From NCBI RefSeq assembly GCF_041674905.1, contig NZ_JBAYUV010000007.1, positions 17,183 through 81,182 on the forward strand: a DNA stretch of 64,000 bases, given 5' to 3'. The notes below the pieces were generated by a model. It saw only the letters and a program-made list of their open reading frames with translations, had not been told where the DNA came from and did not search any database. This DNA is from Hyphomicrobium sp. (GTDB lineage: Bacteria > Pseudomonadota > Alphaproteobacteria > Rhizobiales > Hyphomicrobiaceae). A program made the position numbers and the translations under genes. Shown piece by piece: positions 20,116-29,391 of the stretch; within the stretch, counting starts at the first letter, position 1, and every line of letters begins with the position of its first letter.

Positions 20116-23100
20116 CTACTGCGAGGGCTGGGTGGTCGACGACCAGCCATCGATGCCGCCCGCCTGGGCTTCGACCGGCTTTTTCGGTTTCGATTTTATT
20201 TTGGTGTTGGCGCTGGCTTTTTTTGGTTTCTGGCCGGCCGCGGGCTCATCGGGCTTCGTCTGGCGCACGCGCGCGGCCGTTGCTGCCTGGGGTGCGCGAT
20301 CGTCACCGCGGATCTGCACCTTCGGATCGGACGCCGTCATCTGGAACACCTCGCGGAAGATGCCCGGCGCGACGAGCGATAACGGGTTGACGATCACCTG
20401 AGGATTAGCCGTCGGCCCCTGGACCGCGAACGTGATGCCGAAAATGCCTTCGCCTTGCGTGCCCGAGATAATCTGGCCGAGCAGCGGAATGCCGCCAAGA
20501 GCCCCGTTCAGACCCTGCAATGGAATGTACGTGCCGCCGAAATTGACGTGCTTTGTTTTGAAATCGACCTTGCCGCGCAGGTTGGCGCCAAGCAGCGGGC
20601 CTTTCAGATAGGCCTCCTCGAGCACGAACTGTCCGTAGCCGACGGAGAACGGCGCGCGCATCCGGTCGAACTCGAAAACCTCGCGCGTGACGTTGCGGCG
20701 TCCATCGATGGCAGGCCTCCCCTGGTCGGCGCTGCTGACAACCTCGCTGACGATCGGATCGCCCAGAATCTTGAAATCCTCGACCCAAAGAATTCCGGTT
20801 TTCTCCGCCGGTCCCGAACCGTCGAGATTGACCTCAAGGCGCAAACGCCCACCCTGCATGTTGGGATAGAAATTGACGAGCTTCATCACCTGCCCGGCAT
20901 CGGGAGAATCGACGAGCAAGCGACGCGGGCCGGAACTTTTGTCGACTGTAGCCGCGAGCGGCGCTCCGCCGTCGAGCGTGCCTTTGACGTCCAGCGCCGT
21001 CAGATTGCCGCCGCGCGTCTCGATCTGCATTTTCACGTTGCGCAGAGAGACGTCGTAGCCGCCGATGACATTGTCGATCTGGGCGTTGACGCGTGCGCCC
21101 TTGGCGGCGCCCGGGGGGTTGCCTTTACGCTCAGGCCCGTTGCCGACGTTAAACAGCGCACGGAAAAAGTTACGGCCGTCGAAGTTCTTGCCTGATGCAT
21201 CGACAGACCACATGTCGTCCTTGCCGCGCGATCCCTTGATGTCGAGACGCGACACGACGTTGAGCATCAGGTTCGGAAATTCGAATTGCTTGATCTTGTT
21301 GTCCGACCCGACGACGATTTTGCCTTCGGCTGCGATGTCGTCGCTGGTGATCTTGAAGCGCTGCAACTCCGTGTCATGGTTCGGGTTGCTGACGATATCG
21401 GCATCGACCGCGGCGCTGCGTCCGGCTGCTTTGTGCCACTGCAGATGATCGAGCGTCATGTCGGCGTTGGTCAGGTCGGCATGAAGCTTGACGGCGAGCG
21501 GGCCGTTCGCGGCCGGTTCCAACGAGACTTCGATCGGGACGACACCTTGCACGATATCGTTGATGTCGAGGCCGAGTTGCGTGCGATCGGCATCGTCGAG
21601 CTTGGCCATGATCTTGATGGGCGGTTGCTGCCCGGCGGTTGGACCGAGCAGCCGCTGGCCCGTGATCTTCGCCGGAACGCCGTTGACGAGCAGGTCGCCT
21701 TTCGCATCGAGGGTGGTGTCGCTGAGATCGAGATTGAGCGTGAAACCCTGGACATCGAACCGGCCCGCAACTTTGCCGAAACGGCCATCCGTGATCCTCG
21801 CCTTGCCGCTGACGGAAATGTCGTCGCCCGAGACATTGGGAATGAACGGCACCTTGATGTCGAAATGCGCGTCGACCTTGCCTTCGCCTGCCTTCGGAAG
21901 CCGCGGAGCGTCACGCAGGTTGCGGATCGGCAGCGATTGGACCGTCTCAATGAATGGCGCGAGATCGCCGGACGCCGTCAGACCGATCGCGCCGTTCGGC
22001 CTCGCCGCCATGACGTTGTCGGTGCGGACGCTGACATCCTTGATCGCGAGCCGCTGGCCGTCCGCAAGCGTCGTTTCGGCGGCAGGCATTGCGATATCGA
22101 GAGCGTTGTCCGCGAGCCTGACCGACACCTCCGGCACTTTGACTTCGGGCATGCCCGGCAGTGGACGGAACACGAGGTTCTTCGCATCGAAATTTGCCGT
22201 CACGCGCTCGAGATCGGTGGACACGGTGACGGTTCCGGCATCGACGCCGCCGACGTTGCCGTTGGTGAAACGCAGCGTTCCGCCCTGAAAGTCGACGGCG
22301 GAAAGATTTTTGCCGACCCATTCGCGGGTGCCGGTCGCGAGCGCCCGGGGCCACAAGGCCTTGAGCGTTTGCAGCGGCATCGGCGACACCGAGAATTCGG
22401 CCGCCATGCTTTGCCCGTCGGGGCCTGCCTGCGTCGTCGCCTTGACGGTCGCAACGCCGCCGCCGCCCGCGAGGCGAAACTCGTCGATGTCGACCTGGCC
22501 GCGGCGCGGAATGATGGAGCCCTGAGCCGTCCAGCTGTCGATCGTCACCGGCGGGACGTTGAATTCCGGGGATTCGAACACGCCCTTCTTGCCATCGAGC
22601 GCAAAGCGCCATTGCGGCGCCTCGTTCGCCTTCGCGACGTCCATCATCGCACCGGAGAACATGATCGTTCCGTCAGCCCATTTGACCGGGCTCGGCTTCA
22701 GATCCCAGCGCCGTTTCTTGCCGTCGTAGTCGAGCTTGAAGACCCCGGCCGTCACGTCCATGGGCTGCACGAGATATGGCAGCCGTGCGCGGCCCTTTCC
22801 GAATTCGAGCGCAAGGTCGCCGTTCTCGATATCGCCCGAGCGCGTCAGCACGACGGTTGCATCAGCCGCGACGGGGAATTCGAACATTCCAAGGAGGGCA
22901 AGCGGCGGAGCGGCAGCGGCCAGTGTCGACGGTACGAGATCACGAATGGTCGCCTTGACCTGCAGCTTATCGGTCGCCTCCCTTTCGTCCGTCAGGAACG
23001 AGACGGCCCAGGGACCCTGTTTCGACGCGACGAGTGCGCGGCCGGAAATGAGACTGCGCTTTTTCCGATGGTTGAAATCGACGCTGGCTTCGTCGATGCG

Positions 23101-23934
23101 CCATGAGCTGCGCTGGCCTTCGTAATCGACGACGACGGTCGCGTTCGAGAGGCCGAATTCGGTCAGATACGAGGTCGCGTCGAGCCGCTGGCGGGCGCGA
23201 TAAGAGGAGTCGCTCAGCATCTTCGCGAGATTGAGCTGGTGGCCGGTGCGGACCGTCCGTACAGCGACGGTGGTGTTCGGCGCCATCGGACTCTCTTGTG
23301 AAGTCGCCGTTGCAGCCGCATTCTCGCTCGATGCGCGCGCGGGCACCGGACGCGGGACGGCGCGTTCAAAAACGAAGCCAGACTCCTCGGAATAAGCGAG
23401 CGCAATGATGGGATCGATCAATTCGATGCGCCGCGGAACGACCCGCCCCTGCATCAGAGCCGCGAGCGAGATGTTGACGGCAGCAAGAGGGGACGAAAGG
23501 ACGACATCGCCGCCCTTTTCAAGAACACTCACATCCCGCAGGCGAAATTCCAGCTCGCCAGATGCGCCCAGGCGCAACTCCGCGCCGTCGATCTTGACCG
23601 AGCTTGCCGCCAATTCCGCGTTGATGCCGCGTTCGATGGGGGCGACGACGAAATCGAAGCCGATCGGACCATGCCGCAGCCGGACATAAAGAACGCCGAC
23701 GCCGATTGCAGTCAGCAGAAGCAACGGCATCACGACGTAGAACATCAGCCGGCAGCCGCGGAAAAACCGCCGCAGGCCGCGCGTCACCACGGCCTCGTCG
23801 GATTCAATCTCATCAGAAGATATCGCGACGCCGCGCTCCGGCAAGGTCGTCGCACCGGGCCGGTTCACGTGATGCGCAGTATTATTGGCGCCGCGTCCCT
23901 CGACAGGACGCCCGCCAGTTACGGATTTCGCCAA
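20116..23934 (-). CDS. Large AsmA-like / YhdP-family envelope protein (N-terminal TM anchor)
   Basis: 1272 aa with a single N-terminal TM segment (FYVVMPLLLLTAIGVGVLYV), a long beta-rich body, and a conserved C-terminal region plus a Lys/Pro-rich tail. The assignment rests on size, architecture and recollection of this family next to tyrS/bcp in alphaproteobacteria. Confidence 0.55.
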   Translation of the reverse strand: MAKSVTGGRPVEGRGANNTAHHVNRPGATTLPERGVAISSDEIESDEAVVTRGLRRFFRGCRLMFYVVMPLLLLTAIGVGVLYVRLRHGPIGFDFVVAPIERGINAELAASSVKIDGAELRLGASGELEFRLRDVSVLEKGGDVVLSSPLAAVNISLAALMQGRVVPRRIELIDPIIALAYSEESGFVFERAVPRPVPARASSENAAATATSQESPMAPNTTVAVRTVRTGHQLNLAKMLSDSSYRARQRLDATSYLTEFGLSNATVVVDYEGQRSSWRIDEASVDFNHRKKRSLISGRALVASKQGPWAVSFLTDEREATDKLQVKATIRDLVPSTLAAAAPPLALLGMFEFPVAADATVVLTRSGDIENGDLALEFGKGRARLPYLVQPMDVTAGVFKLDYDGKKRRWDLKPSPVKWADGTIMFSGAMMDVAKANEAPQWRFALDGKKGVFESPEFNVPPVTIDSWTAQGSIIPRRGQVDIDEFRLAGGGGVATVKATTQAGPDGQSMAAEFSVSPMPLQTLKALWPRALATGTREWVGKNLSAVDFQGGTLRFTNGNVGGVDAGTVTVSTDLERVTANFDAKNLVFRPLPGMPEVKVPEVSVRLADNALDIAMPAAETTLADGQRLAIKDVSVRTDNVMAARPNGAIGLTASGDLAPFIETVQSLPIRNLRDAPRLPKAGEGKVDAHFDIKVPFIPNVSGDDISVSGKARITDGRFGKVAGRFDVQGFTLNLDLSDTTLDAKGDLLVNGVPAKITGQRLLGPTAGQQPPIKIMAKLDDADRTQLGLDINDIVQGVVPIEVSLEPAANGPLAVKLHADLTNADMTLDHLQWHKAAGRSAAVDADIVSNPNHDTELQRFKITSDDIAAEGKIVVGSDNKIKQFEFPNLMLNVVSRLDIKGSRGKDDMWSVDASGKNFDGRNFFRALFNVGNGPERKGNPPGAAKGARVNAQIDNVIGGYDVSLRNVKMQIETRGGNLTALDVKGTLDGGAPLAATVDKSSGPRRLLVDSPDAGQVMKLVNFYPNMQGGRLRLEVNLDGSGPAEKTGILWVEDFKILGDPIVSEVVSSADQGRPAIDGRRNVTREVFEFDRMRAPFSVGYGQFVLEEAYLKGPLLGANLRGKVDFKTKHVNFGGTYIPLQGLNGALGGIPLLGQIISGTQGEGIFGITFAVQGPTANPQVIVNPLSLVAPGIFREVFQMTASDPKVQIRGDDRAPQAATAARVRQTKPDEPAAGQKPKKASANTKIKSKPKKPVEAQAGGIDGWSSTTQPSQ

Positions 23935-24100
23935 CGCCGCTCCTCAAACCCCCGCGGACGGCAACAACAACGACCGACTGATCCGTGCCTTCCGGCGAAC
24001 GGGCAGAACTCGTTGCCGGATAAGCTACAAAGTGCTGGTTTCTGTTCTTACGCGATGGCACGTACAGATGTAAAAGCGACAAAAGAAAGGCACTTTCAAG

Positions 24101-24568
24101 ATGCTCCAAGACGGTGAAATCGCACCCGACTTTTCTCTGCATGACGACGCCGGTTCCGTCGTGCGCCTATCGAAGCTCAAGGGCCGTCCGGTGGTGGTCT
24201 ATTTCTATCCAAAGGACGACACGTCGGGGTGCACGCAGGAAGCCAAGGATTTCTCATGCCTTGCGGACGACTTCACCAAAGCGGGCGCCGAGGTGATCGG
24301 TATTTCTCCCGACAGCGCGGCGAGCCACAAAAAATTCAAAACCAAACACGACCTGCCGCTGCGGCTGCTGGCGGATGAAAATAAGGATGCCGCCAATGCC
24401 TATGGCGTCTGGGTGGAAAAAAGCATGTATGGCCGCAAGTATATGGGCGTGGAGCGCTCGACATTTTTGATCGATTCCAAGGGCAAGCTCGCCGGAAGCT
24501 GGCGCAAGGTGAAAGTTCCCGGCCATGCCGAGGACGTCCTGGCTGCGGTCAAGGCGTTAGTCAAATGA
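24101..24568 (+). CDS. bcp: Thioredoxin-dependent thiol peroxidase (Bcp/PrxQ)
   Basis: 155 aa with the YFYPKDDTSGCTQEA peroxidatic Cys motif. Confidence 0.9.
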   Translation: MLQDGEIAPDFSLHDDAGSVVRLSKLKGRPVVVYFYPKDDTSGCTQEAKDFSCLADDFTKAGAEVIGISPDSAASHKKFKTKHDLPLRLLADENKDAANAYGVWVEKSMYGRKYMGVERSTFLIDSKGKLAGSWRKVKVPGHAEDVLAAVKALVK

Positions 24569-24774
24569 CTAAAAATTCCGCAGGCGCGCGTGTTCGTTGA
24601 TCTTCTGCCACAGTGTGCGGCCAGTATTGTAGCGGCCGCTTATAATCCTGGGGATTGTCGGTGCATTAGTTGTGACTCCCGGCTGAACCGGGACGGTGAA
24701 GGTGCTAACCGAATCACATGCGCTCGGGTGACGGGTGCTCTTGTTGCTTAAGTTGTGTGAGGGGAAGATTTCCG

Positions 24775-25293
24775 ATGTTGCCGAACTTTCGCCGCTCAGA
24801 GACCGACTCGCCGAAGCTGCAAACCGTGGCAGCCACGTCCGAGTTGCCCCCTGCCCCGTCATTCCAGCCGCGCCCGTTTCTGACGGTGCCGCAGGCCGAG
24901 CCCGCTAAATCCGTTTCCGTTATCGGCCGCGACCTGACGATTGCCGGTAATCTGATTTGCAAAGGCGAAGTGCAGGTCGACGGGATCGTCGAAGGTGATA
25001 TCGAAGGCAGCCACGTCGTCGTCGGCGAAGGCGCGACAGTGACCGGCAGCATCTCCGCGGAGGAAGTCGTCGTTCGCGGACACGTCGTCGGCTCCGTCCA
25101 CAGCAAGCGCGTCATGCTGCAGACAACGAGCGAAGTCGAAGGCGACATCTACCATCAATCGCTATCGATCGAACAAGGCGCAATGTTCGAGGGCAAGTCG
25201 CGGCGGACCAATGAAGACCCGCGAACGCTTATGAAAAAGTCAGAACCGATCGGGTTTGCTTTGCCGCCCCGGCTTCCGGAACTCACCAACTGA
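24775..25293 (+). CDS. Bactofilin (DUF583) paralogue 1
   Basis: Repetitive beta-helix core: IGRDLTIAGNLICKGEVQVDGIVEGDIEGSHVVVGEGATVTGSISAEEVVVRGHVVGSV...EGDIYHQSLSIEQGAMFEG. The start is taken at MLPNFRR. Confidence 0.8.
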   Translation: MLPNFRRSETDSPKLQTVAATSELPPAPSFQPRPFLTVPQAEPAKSVSVIGRDLTIAGNLICKGEVQVDGIVEGDIEGSHVVVGEGATVTGSISAEEVVVRGHVVGSVHSKRVMLQTTSEVEGDIYHQSLSIEQGAMFEGKSRRTNEDPRTLMKKSEPIGFALPPRLPELTN

Positions 25294-25329
25294 GCGCGTA
25301 AATTCTCTTCCCTAGGCGTCGTGCAACTC

Positions 25330-25367
25330 TCCGGCCGTCTCATGTAAACGTCGACGGCCGGATGTTT
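25330..25367 (+). terminator. Hairpin plus T-run after the bactofilin gene
   Basis: TCCGGCCGTC-N13-GACGGCCGGA followed by TGTTTT. It lies between the convergent bactofilin and GNAT genes. Confidence 0.5.
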
Positions 25368-25904
25368 TCAGGTCAATGCTCGCGCCAGAAAAACGAGTGC
25401 GTCGGCTGGTCCGGCACGCGCGATTTCCTGAAAATCGTTGCGATTATAAAAGCGGACATTGGCGGACGCTGCGCTCGTGATCACGTGAACACCGGCCGCG
25501 CCTGCACGTTGCGCATCGGCGACAAACGTATCGATCAAGCGGCCGCCAACTCCAGAACTGCGATAGGCGCGCGCAACATTGACGTGCAGATGAGCCGGAT
25601 ATCGTTTCGTCACCTCGCGAAATGCGGCGATGGTGTTCTCCGTGGACGGGCGCGACGCCGGGTCTTCGATCGTGCCGACGAGATAGCCCACCACGTCACC
25701 CGCAATCGACATTGCCAGATACGCGAACTGCGGATCGTCACGAAGATAGCGCCCCAGCCAGCGCTCGCGGAAGGCTGATCGCGCTGCGTCGCTTTCGAAA
25801 GATTTCGTGTTGCTCGCTTCGAAAAAGATCGCGTCGATCTCTTCATCGAGGCGGGGTGTGCGTTCGACATCGAGATAGCGGCAGATGGAAATATCTGAGG
25901 ACAT
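25368..25904 (-). CDS. GNAT family N-acetyltransferase
   Basis: 178 aa starting at MSSDISICRY. The acetyl-CoA binding region is VNVARAYRSSGVGGRLIDTF...FYNRNDF. The upstream 150 codons of ORF 25368..26363 are an Arg-rich artefact overlapping the next gene. Confidence 0.75.
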   Translation of the reverse strand: MSSDISICRYLDVERTPRLDEEIDAIFFEASNTKSFESDAARSAFRERWLGRYLRDDPQFAYLAMSIAGDVVGYLVGTIEDPASRPSTENTIAAFREVTKRYPAHLHVNVARAYRSSGVGGRLIDTFVADAQRAGAAGVHVITSAASANVRFYNRNDFQEIARAGPADALVFLARALT

Positions 25905-25953
25905 GGGTCCGCATACCATGTCGCAACCGTCTTCGCGACGCTGTCGGTCGACG

Positions 25954-26367
25954 CTACTCGGTGGCGTAACCGGCCATCGCAAGCTGTCGGCGAAACGCGG
26001 GCGGTAAGTCGGATGGGATCGCGGCCTCCGCCGGGATAGGCGTATGTGTGATTTCAGCCGCCGGCTTATGGTCGATTGCCGCCGGATTCGGGCCACCGTA
26101 GTTGCGGCTATAGGGTTCTGACGGATCGTCGGGCAACTGGCGGATATTTGCGGACGGCGGCACCTGCGACGGCAAGCCGTCCTCTTCCATTTCGGTGGCC
26201 GCCGATGCCTGGCGGACATATGCGACGTTGGCCGGAGCACCCGCGTTGTACGCGTTATTATCCGTGGCGCATCCGGCCTCGAGTAAAGCTGCTGCTGCAA
26301 CGAGCAGCGGCACGATCGCCGCACGAGCGACTTTGGCCGGCGACCGGCTCGCAGCAAACGCACACAT
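25954..26367 (-). CDS. Hypothetical lipoprotein
   Basis: Signal peptide with a lipobox (IVPLLVAAAALLEAGC). The mature part is Pro/Ala-rich. No family recognised. Confidence 0.55.
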   Translation of the reverse strand: MCAFAASRSPAKVARAAIVPLLVAAAALLEAGCATDNNAYNAGAPANVAYVRQASAATEMEEDGLPSQVPPSANIRQLPDDPSEPYSRNYGGPNPAAIDHKPAAEITHTPIPAEAAIPSDLPPAFRRQLAMAGYATE

Positions 26368-26498
26368 ATTCACGCTTTCAACGCTACAAAAACGCAACTC
26401 AAACCGAATTCGTTGTCCCGGATTGAAACATCGATGCGTTAAAGAGGCGCTAACGAGCGTTCAGAATCGCCTGCCGCGATCATCTCGTGTGCCGATAC

Positions 26499-27143
26499 TC
26501 AAGAAAATCCGTGGGGTGGGATCAGCCCCGAATCTTTGATGCCGTTGAACAGCGCCTGCACGGCGAGCGCTGCGAGCAGAATTCCGAAAACGCGAATGAG
26601 CACGCGCTGAGCGGTAATCCCCATCACGCGATTGAGTTCTTGCGCGAGAAGCAACAGAGCGAGGGTCACAATCATAACGCACGCAAGGGATGCCGTGACG
26701 ACCGCCAAGCCGAATGGCTCATCGCTTGCGTTTGCGGCCAGCAGAATTCCGGCGCTCATCGCACCCGGTCCCGCGAGCAACGGCGTCGCAAGCGGAAATA
26801 CGGCGACATCCTCGCGCGTCTGCGCTTCGGCGCCTTCGGGCGGCGTCAATTTGATCGCACCGCCTGGTCGCGCGAAGATCATGTCGAGCGCGATCATCAG
26901 CAGGATCACACCGCCCGCGGTCTGCAACGCGGCAATCGAGACGCCGAGTTGCGCGAGGATCGGGCCGCCGAGCAACGTAAAGAATCCAAGGATAGCTGAC
27001 GCGATCAGCGTCGCGCGCACGGCGATCGCCTGACGCTCCTGACGTGCCATCTTCGGCGTCAGCGTTGCGAACAACACCGCAGCCTCGACCGGGCCGATCG
27101 TGGCAAAGAACGTCGTCAAACTCTTCAGCGCCGTTTCGAGCAT
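26499..27143 (-). CDS. MarC family (UPF0056) integral membrane protein
   Basis: About 6 TM segments, FFATIGPVEAAVLFATL at the N-terminus, and typical MarC length with the start at MLETALKS. The ATG at 27179 is an alternative. Confidence 0.75.
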   Translation of the reverse strand: MLETALKSLTTFFATIGPVEAAVLFATLTPKMARQERQAIAVRATLIASAILGFFTLLGGPILAQLGVSIAALQTAGGVILLMIALDMIFARPGGAIKLTPPEGAEAQTREDVAVFPLATPLLAGPGAMSAGILLAANASDEPFGLAVVTASLACVMIVTLALLLLAQELNRVMGITAQRVLIRVFGILLAALAVQALFNGIKDSGLIPPHGFS

Positions 27144-27302
27144 CTTGCGAACATCCAAAAGCTGCAATGCGCCGAGCACTCATCCGTGCACTTTGCTAGT
27201 AGTCCCGCGCTTTGTCATTCGTCTGGACAACGCGCGAATCTCAACTGATCATCGTTATTCCGGGGAGGGCGCCAATCACTCTTATTGAAAGGGAGATTGC
27301 CA

Positions 27303-27590
27303 GTGACCAACAAGGACGTTTCTTATGTCGGCGGGCTCAAAGCTCAACTTGCCGGCTTCAGCCTGACGACTGCCGAAATTCTATATCGTCTTCCGGATCA
27401 TCCGTCGCTGCTGCAAAGCTACATCTGGCAGGAGTACGACCTCGCTCCGCGCTTCCCGAAGCTCAAATCGTTTCTCGATTTCTGGACGGCGACGCTCGAT
27501 GGTAAACTTTTCCGGGTTACCGTCGCGCATTCGGAGCTGATCCGCCCCGCCGAACTGAGGCTTGTCGAGGCCGAATTCAAAGTTCATTGA
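27303..27590 (+). CDS. Usg family protein
   Basis: LTTAEILYRLPDHPSLLQSYIWQEYDLAPRFPKLKSFLDFW is the conserved Usg-like core. GTG at 27303 behind GGGAGA is preferred over the TTG at 27285. Confidence 0.7.
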   Translation: MTNKDVSYVGGLKAQLAGFSLTTAEILYRLPDHPSLLQSYIWQEYDLAPRFPKLKSFLDFWTATLDGKLFRVTVAHSELIRPAELRLVEAEFKVH

Positions 27591-27722
27591 GATTAGCGAT
27601 TTCGGAGGCCTCGGCGCTCCAAGCCGCTAAAATATGGGCTTGCGTGCCGCGGCCGGTCTTGCGGGAACCTTTTTTCCGGGCGTGCATCCAATAGGATCGG
27701 TGCTTCGGGAAGGACTACGGCC

Positions 27723-28409
27723 ATGGCTCAATCGATGGTGAGCAGCGCGGCAAGATCGGCGGAAGCCGATCTCATCCGGCGCGCGTCTGCAAAAGATGAA
27801 GCGGCGATCCGCGCGATCATCCAGGAACACAATCGGCGTCTTTATCGTGTCGCGCGCAGTATCGTCCGCGACGACAGCGAGGCCGAAGACGTGTTGCAGG
27901 AGGCGTACTTCCGCGCCTTCTCGGCGATTTCCGATTTTCGCGGAGAGTCGAGCCTGACCACATGGCTGACGCGCATCGTGCTCAACGAAGCCCTGCAGCG
28001 GGCGCGGCGGCGGGTCGATCAGCCCGCTTCGCAGTTCGAGCTTCCGCCGGAAAGGATCGCCGAGATCATTCCCTTCCCTCTTTCTGGACAGACGATCGTG
28101 GACCCTGAGCGAGCCACCTCACAACATGAGATCTGCCGCCTTCTGGAACAGGCGATCGATAAGCTGCCGGACGAATTCCGAACCGTTCTCATTGCACGCG
28201 CCATCGAAGGCTTGAGCATAGACGAGACGGCGGAGCTTTACGGCATCAAGCCGGAGACCGTGAAAACGCGCCTGCATCGAGCGCGCAATCTTCTCAAGTC
28301 TTCGCTCGAGGACCACATCGGTTCTTTTTTCAGCGACGTTTTTCCGTTTGACGGCAAACGATGCGAGCGATTGACGAATGCCGTTGTGTCGCGCCTCAGC
28401 CAACGCTGA
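27723..28409 (+). CDS. ECF-type RNA polymerase sigma-70 factor
   Basis: Region 2 (RRLYRVARSIVRDDSEAEDVLQEAYFRAF...TWLTRIVLNEAL) and region 4 (RTVLIARAIEGLSIDETAELYGIKPETVKTRLHRAR). It also has a ~35-aa C-terminal tail containing one Cys. Confidence 0.85.
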   Translation: MAQSMVSSAARSAEADLIRRASAKDEAAIRAIIQEHNRRLYRVARSIVRDDSEAEDVLQEAYFRAFSAISDFRGESSLTTWLTRIVLNEALQRARRRVDQPASQFELPPERIAEIIPFPLSGQTIVDPERATSQHEICRLLEQAIDKLPDEFRTVLIARAIEGLSIDETAELYGIKPETVKTRLHRARNLLKSSLEDHIGSFFSDVFPFDGKRCERLTNAVVSRLSQR

Positions 28410-28494
28410 TTTTGGGGAACGTTTCGCGCGCGCTGCCATCCAATCCTTCGTGAGACTGAGAGCCTGCATGGCTCGCAACACGGAGGCAATTTCA

Positions 28495-29019
28495 ATGCGT
28501 CACTTCCCAACGAGTTTCGCTGCAGTGGTCGCGCTCGCAGCGCTAGCGTCACCGACGTTCGCAGCCGACCAACCGTCCGATCCGCAGATCGCGCACATCG
28601 CCTATACGGCGGGTGACATCGACGTGAAAGCCGGTCAGCTGGCTCTTGAAAAATCACAGAACAAAGCCGTTCGCGCATTCGCGAGCGACATGGTTCGCGA
28701 CCACAAGGCGGTCAACGAAAAGGCGCTGGCTTTGGTCAAAAAGCTCAACGTCACGCCGGAAGACAACGGCACGAGCAAAGCTCTCTCCGAGCAAGCCGCG
28801 CAGAAGCACGATGAACTGAGCAAGCTGTCGGGCGCAGCGTTCGACAAGGCTTACGTCGCGAACGAAGTCGCGTTTCATAAGACCGTCGATGGCGCGCTCG
28901 AGACGACGCTGATCCCCTCCTCGTCGAACGGCGAATTGAAGGGCCTGCTGCAAACCGGCCTGAAAATCTTCCAGGGTCACCTGGCACACGCCGAGCATCT
29001 TGCGAGCACACTCAAGTAA
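28495..29019 (+). CDS. DUF4142 domain-containing secreted protein
   Basis: Signal peptide MRHFPTSFAAVVALAALASPTFA behind GGAGG. FASDMVRDHKAV...FDKAYVANEVAFHKTV is typical of DUF4142. Confidence 0.72.
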   Translation: MRHFPTSFAAVVALAALASPTFAADQPSDPQIAHIAYTAGDIDVKAGQLALEKSQNKAVRAFASDMVRDHKAVNEKALALVKKLNVTPEDNGTSKALSEQAAQKHDELSKLSGAAFDKAYVANEVAFHKTVDGALETTLIPSSSNGELKGLLQTGLKIFQGHLAHAEHLASTLK

Positions 29020-29022
29020 CGG

Positions 29023-29361
29023 ATGGGGCCGATGCGAACCGCATTTCGTTGCGCCGCCATGCTCCTGGCGCTGCAGATCATGAGCGCTCGCGTCGGGCTC
29101 GCGGGCGAGGTCGTAAAAATAAAAATAACCGACCTCGCCTTCTCGCCTGCCGAGATCACCATCAAAGAAGGCGATACGATCGAGTGGGTAAATGAGGACT
29201 TCATCGATCATACCGCAACCGCCAACGACGGCTCTTGGGACGTCGCCATCGCCGAAAGCCAATCGGCACGGCTGCAATTCGATCACGCGGGAACAAGCAA
29301 ATACTTCTGCCGCTTCCATCCCGATATGACCGGGACGGTTCATGTCGTGGCCGGCAAGTAA
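29023..29361 (+). CDS. Type-1 copper protein (cupredoxin), amicyanin-like
   Basis: Signal peptide and a beta-sandwich-sized mature part. The ligand pattern is W.N..(x)H ... C-x2-H-x2-M (YFCRFHPDMTGTVHV), the short amicyanin-type loop. Confidence 0.8.
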   Translation: MGPMRTAFRCAAMLLALQIMSARVGLAGEVVKIKITDLAFSPAEITIKEGDTIEWVNEDFIDHTATANDGSWDVAIAESQSARLQFDHAGTSKYFCRFHPDMTGTVHVVAGK

Positions 29362-29391
29362 GGCTGTTCATCAATCACAGGAGACGATCTC

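Noticed and set aside
21286-23106. 606-aa plus-strand ORF
   Set aside because: Antisense to the 1272-aa AsmA-like gene. It is extremely Arg/Asp/Gly-rich and is a GC3-driven artefact.
25905-26363. N-terminal 153 codons of ORF 25368..26363
   Set aside because: Arg/Pro/Ser-rich junk that overlaps, in another frame, a lipoprotein gene with a proper signal peptide and lipobox. The GNAT domain starts at the internal ATG at 25904.
27664-27690. ECF-type autoregulatory promoter (GGAAC followed by a T-rich spacer) upstream of the sigma gene
   Set aside because: There is a GGAAC -35-like pentamer at 27664-27668, but no convincing CGTT/CGAA-type -10 at 16-17 nt spacing. It is too weak to call as a feature.
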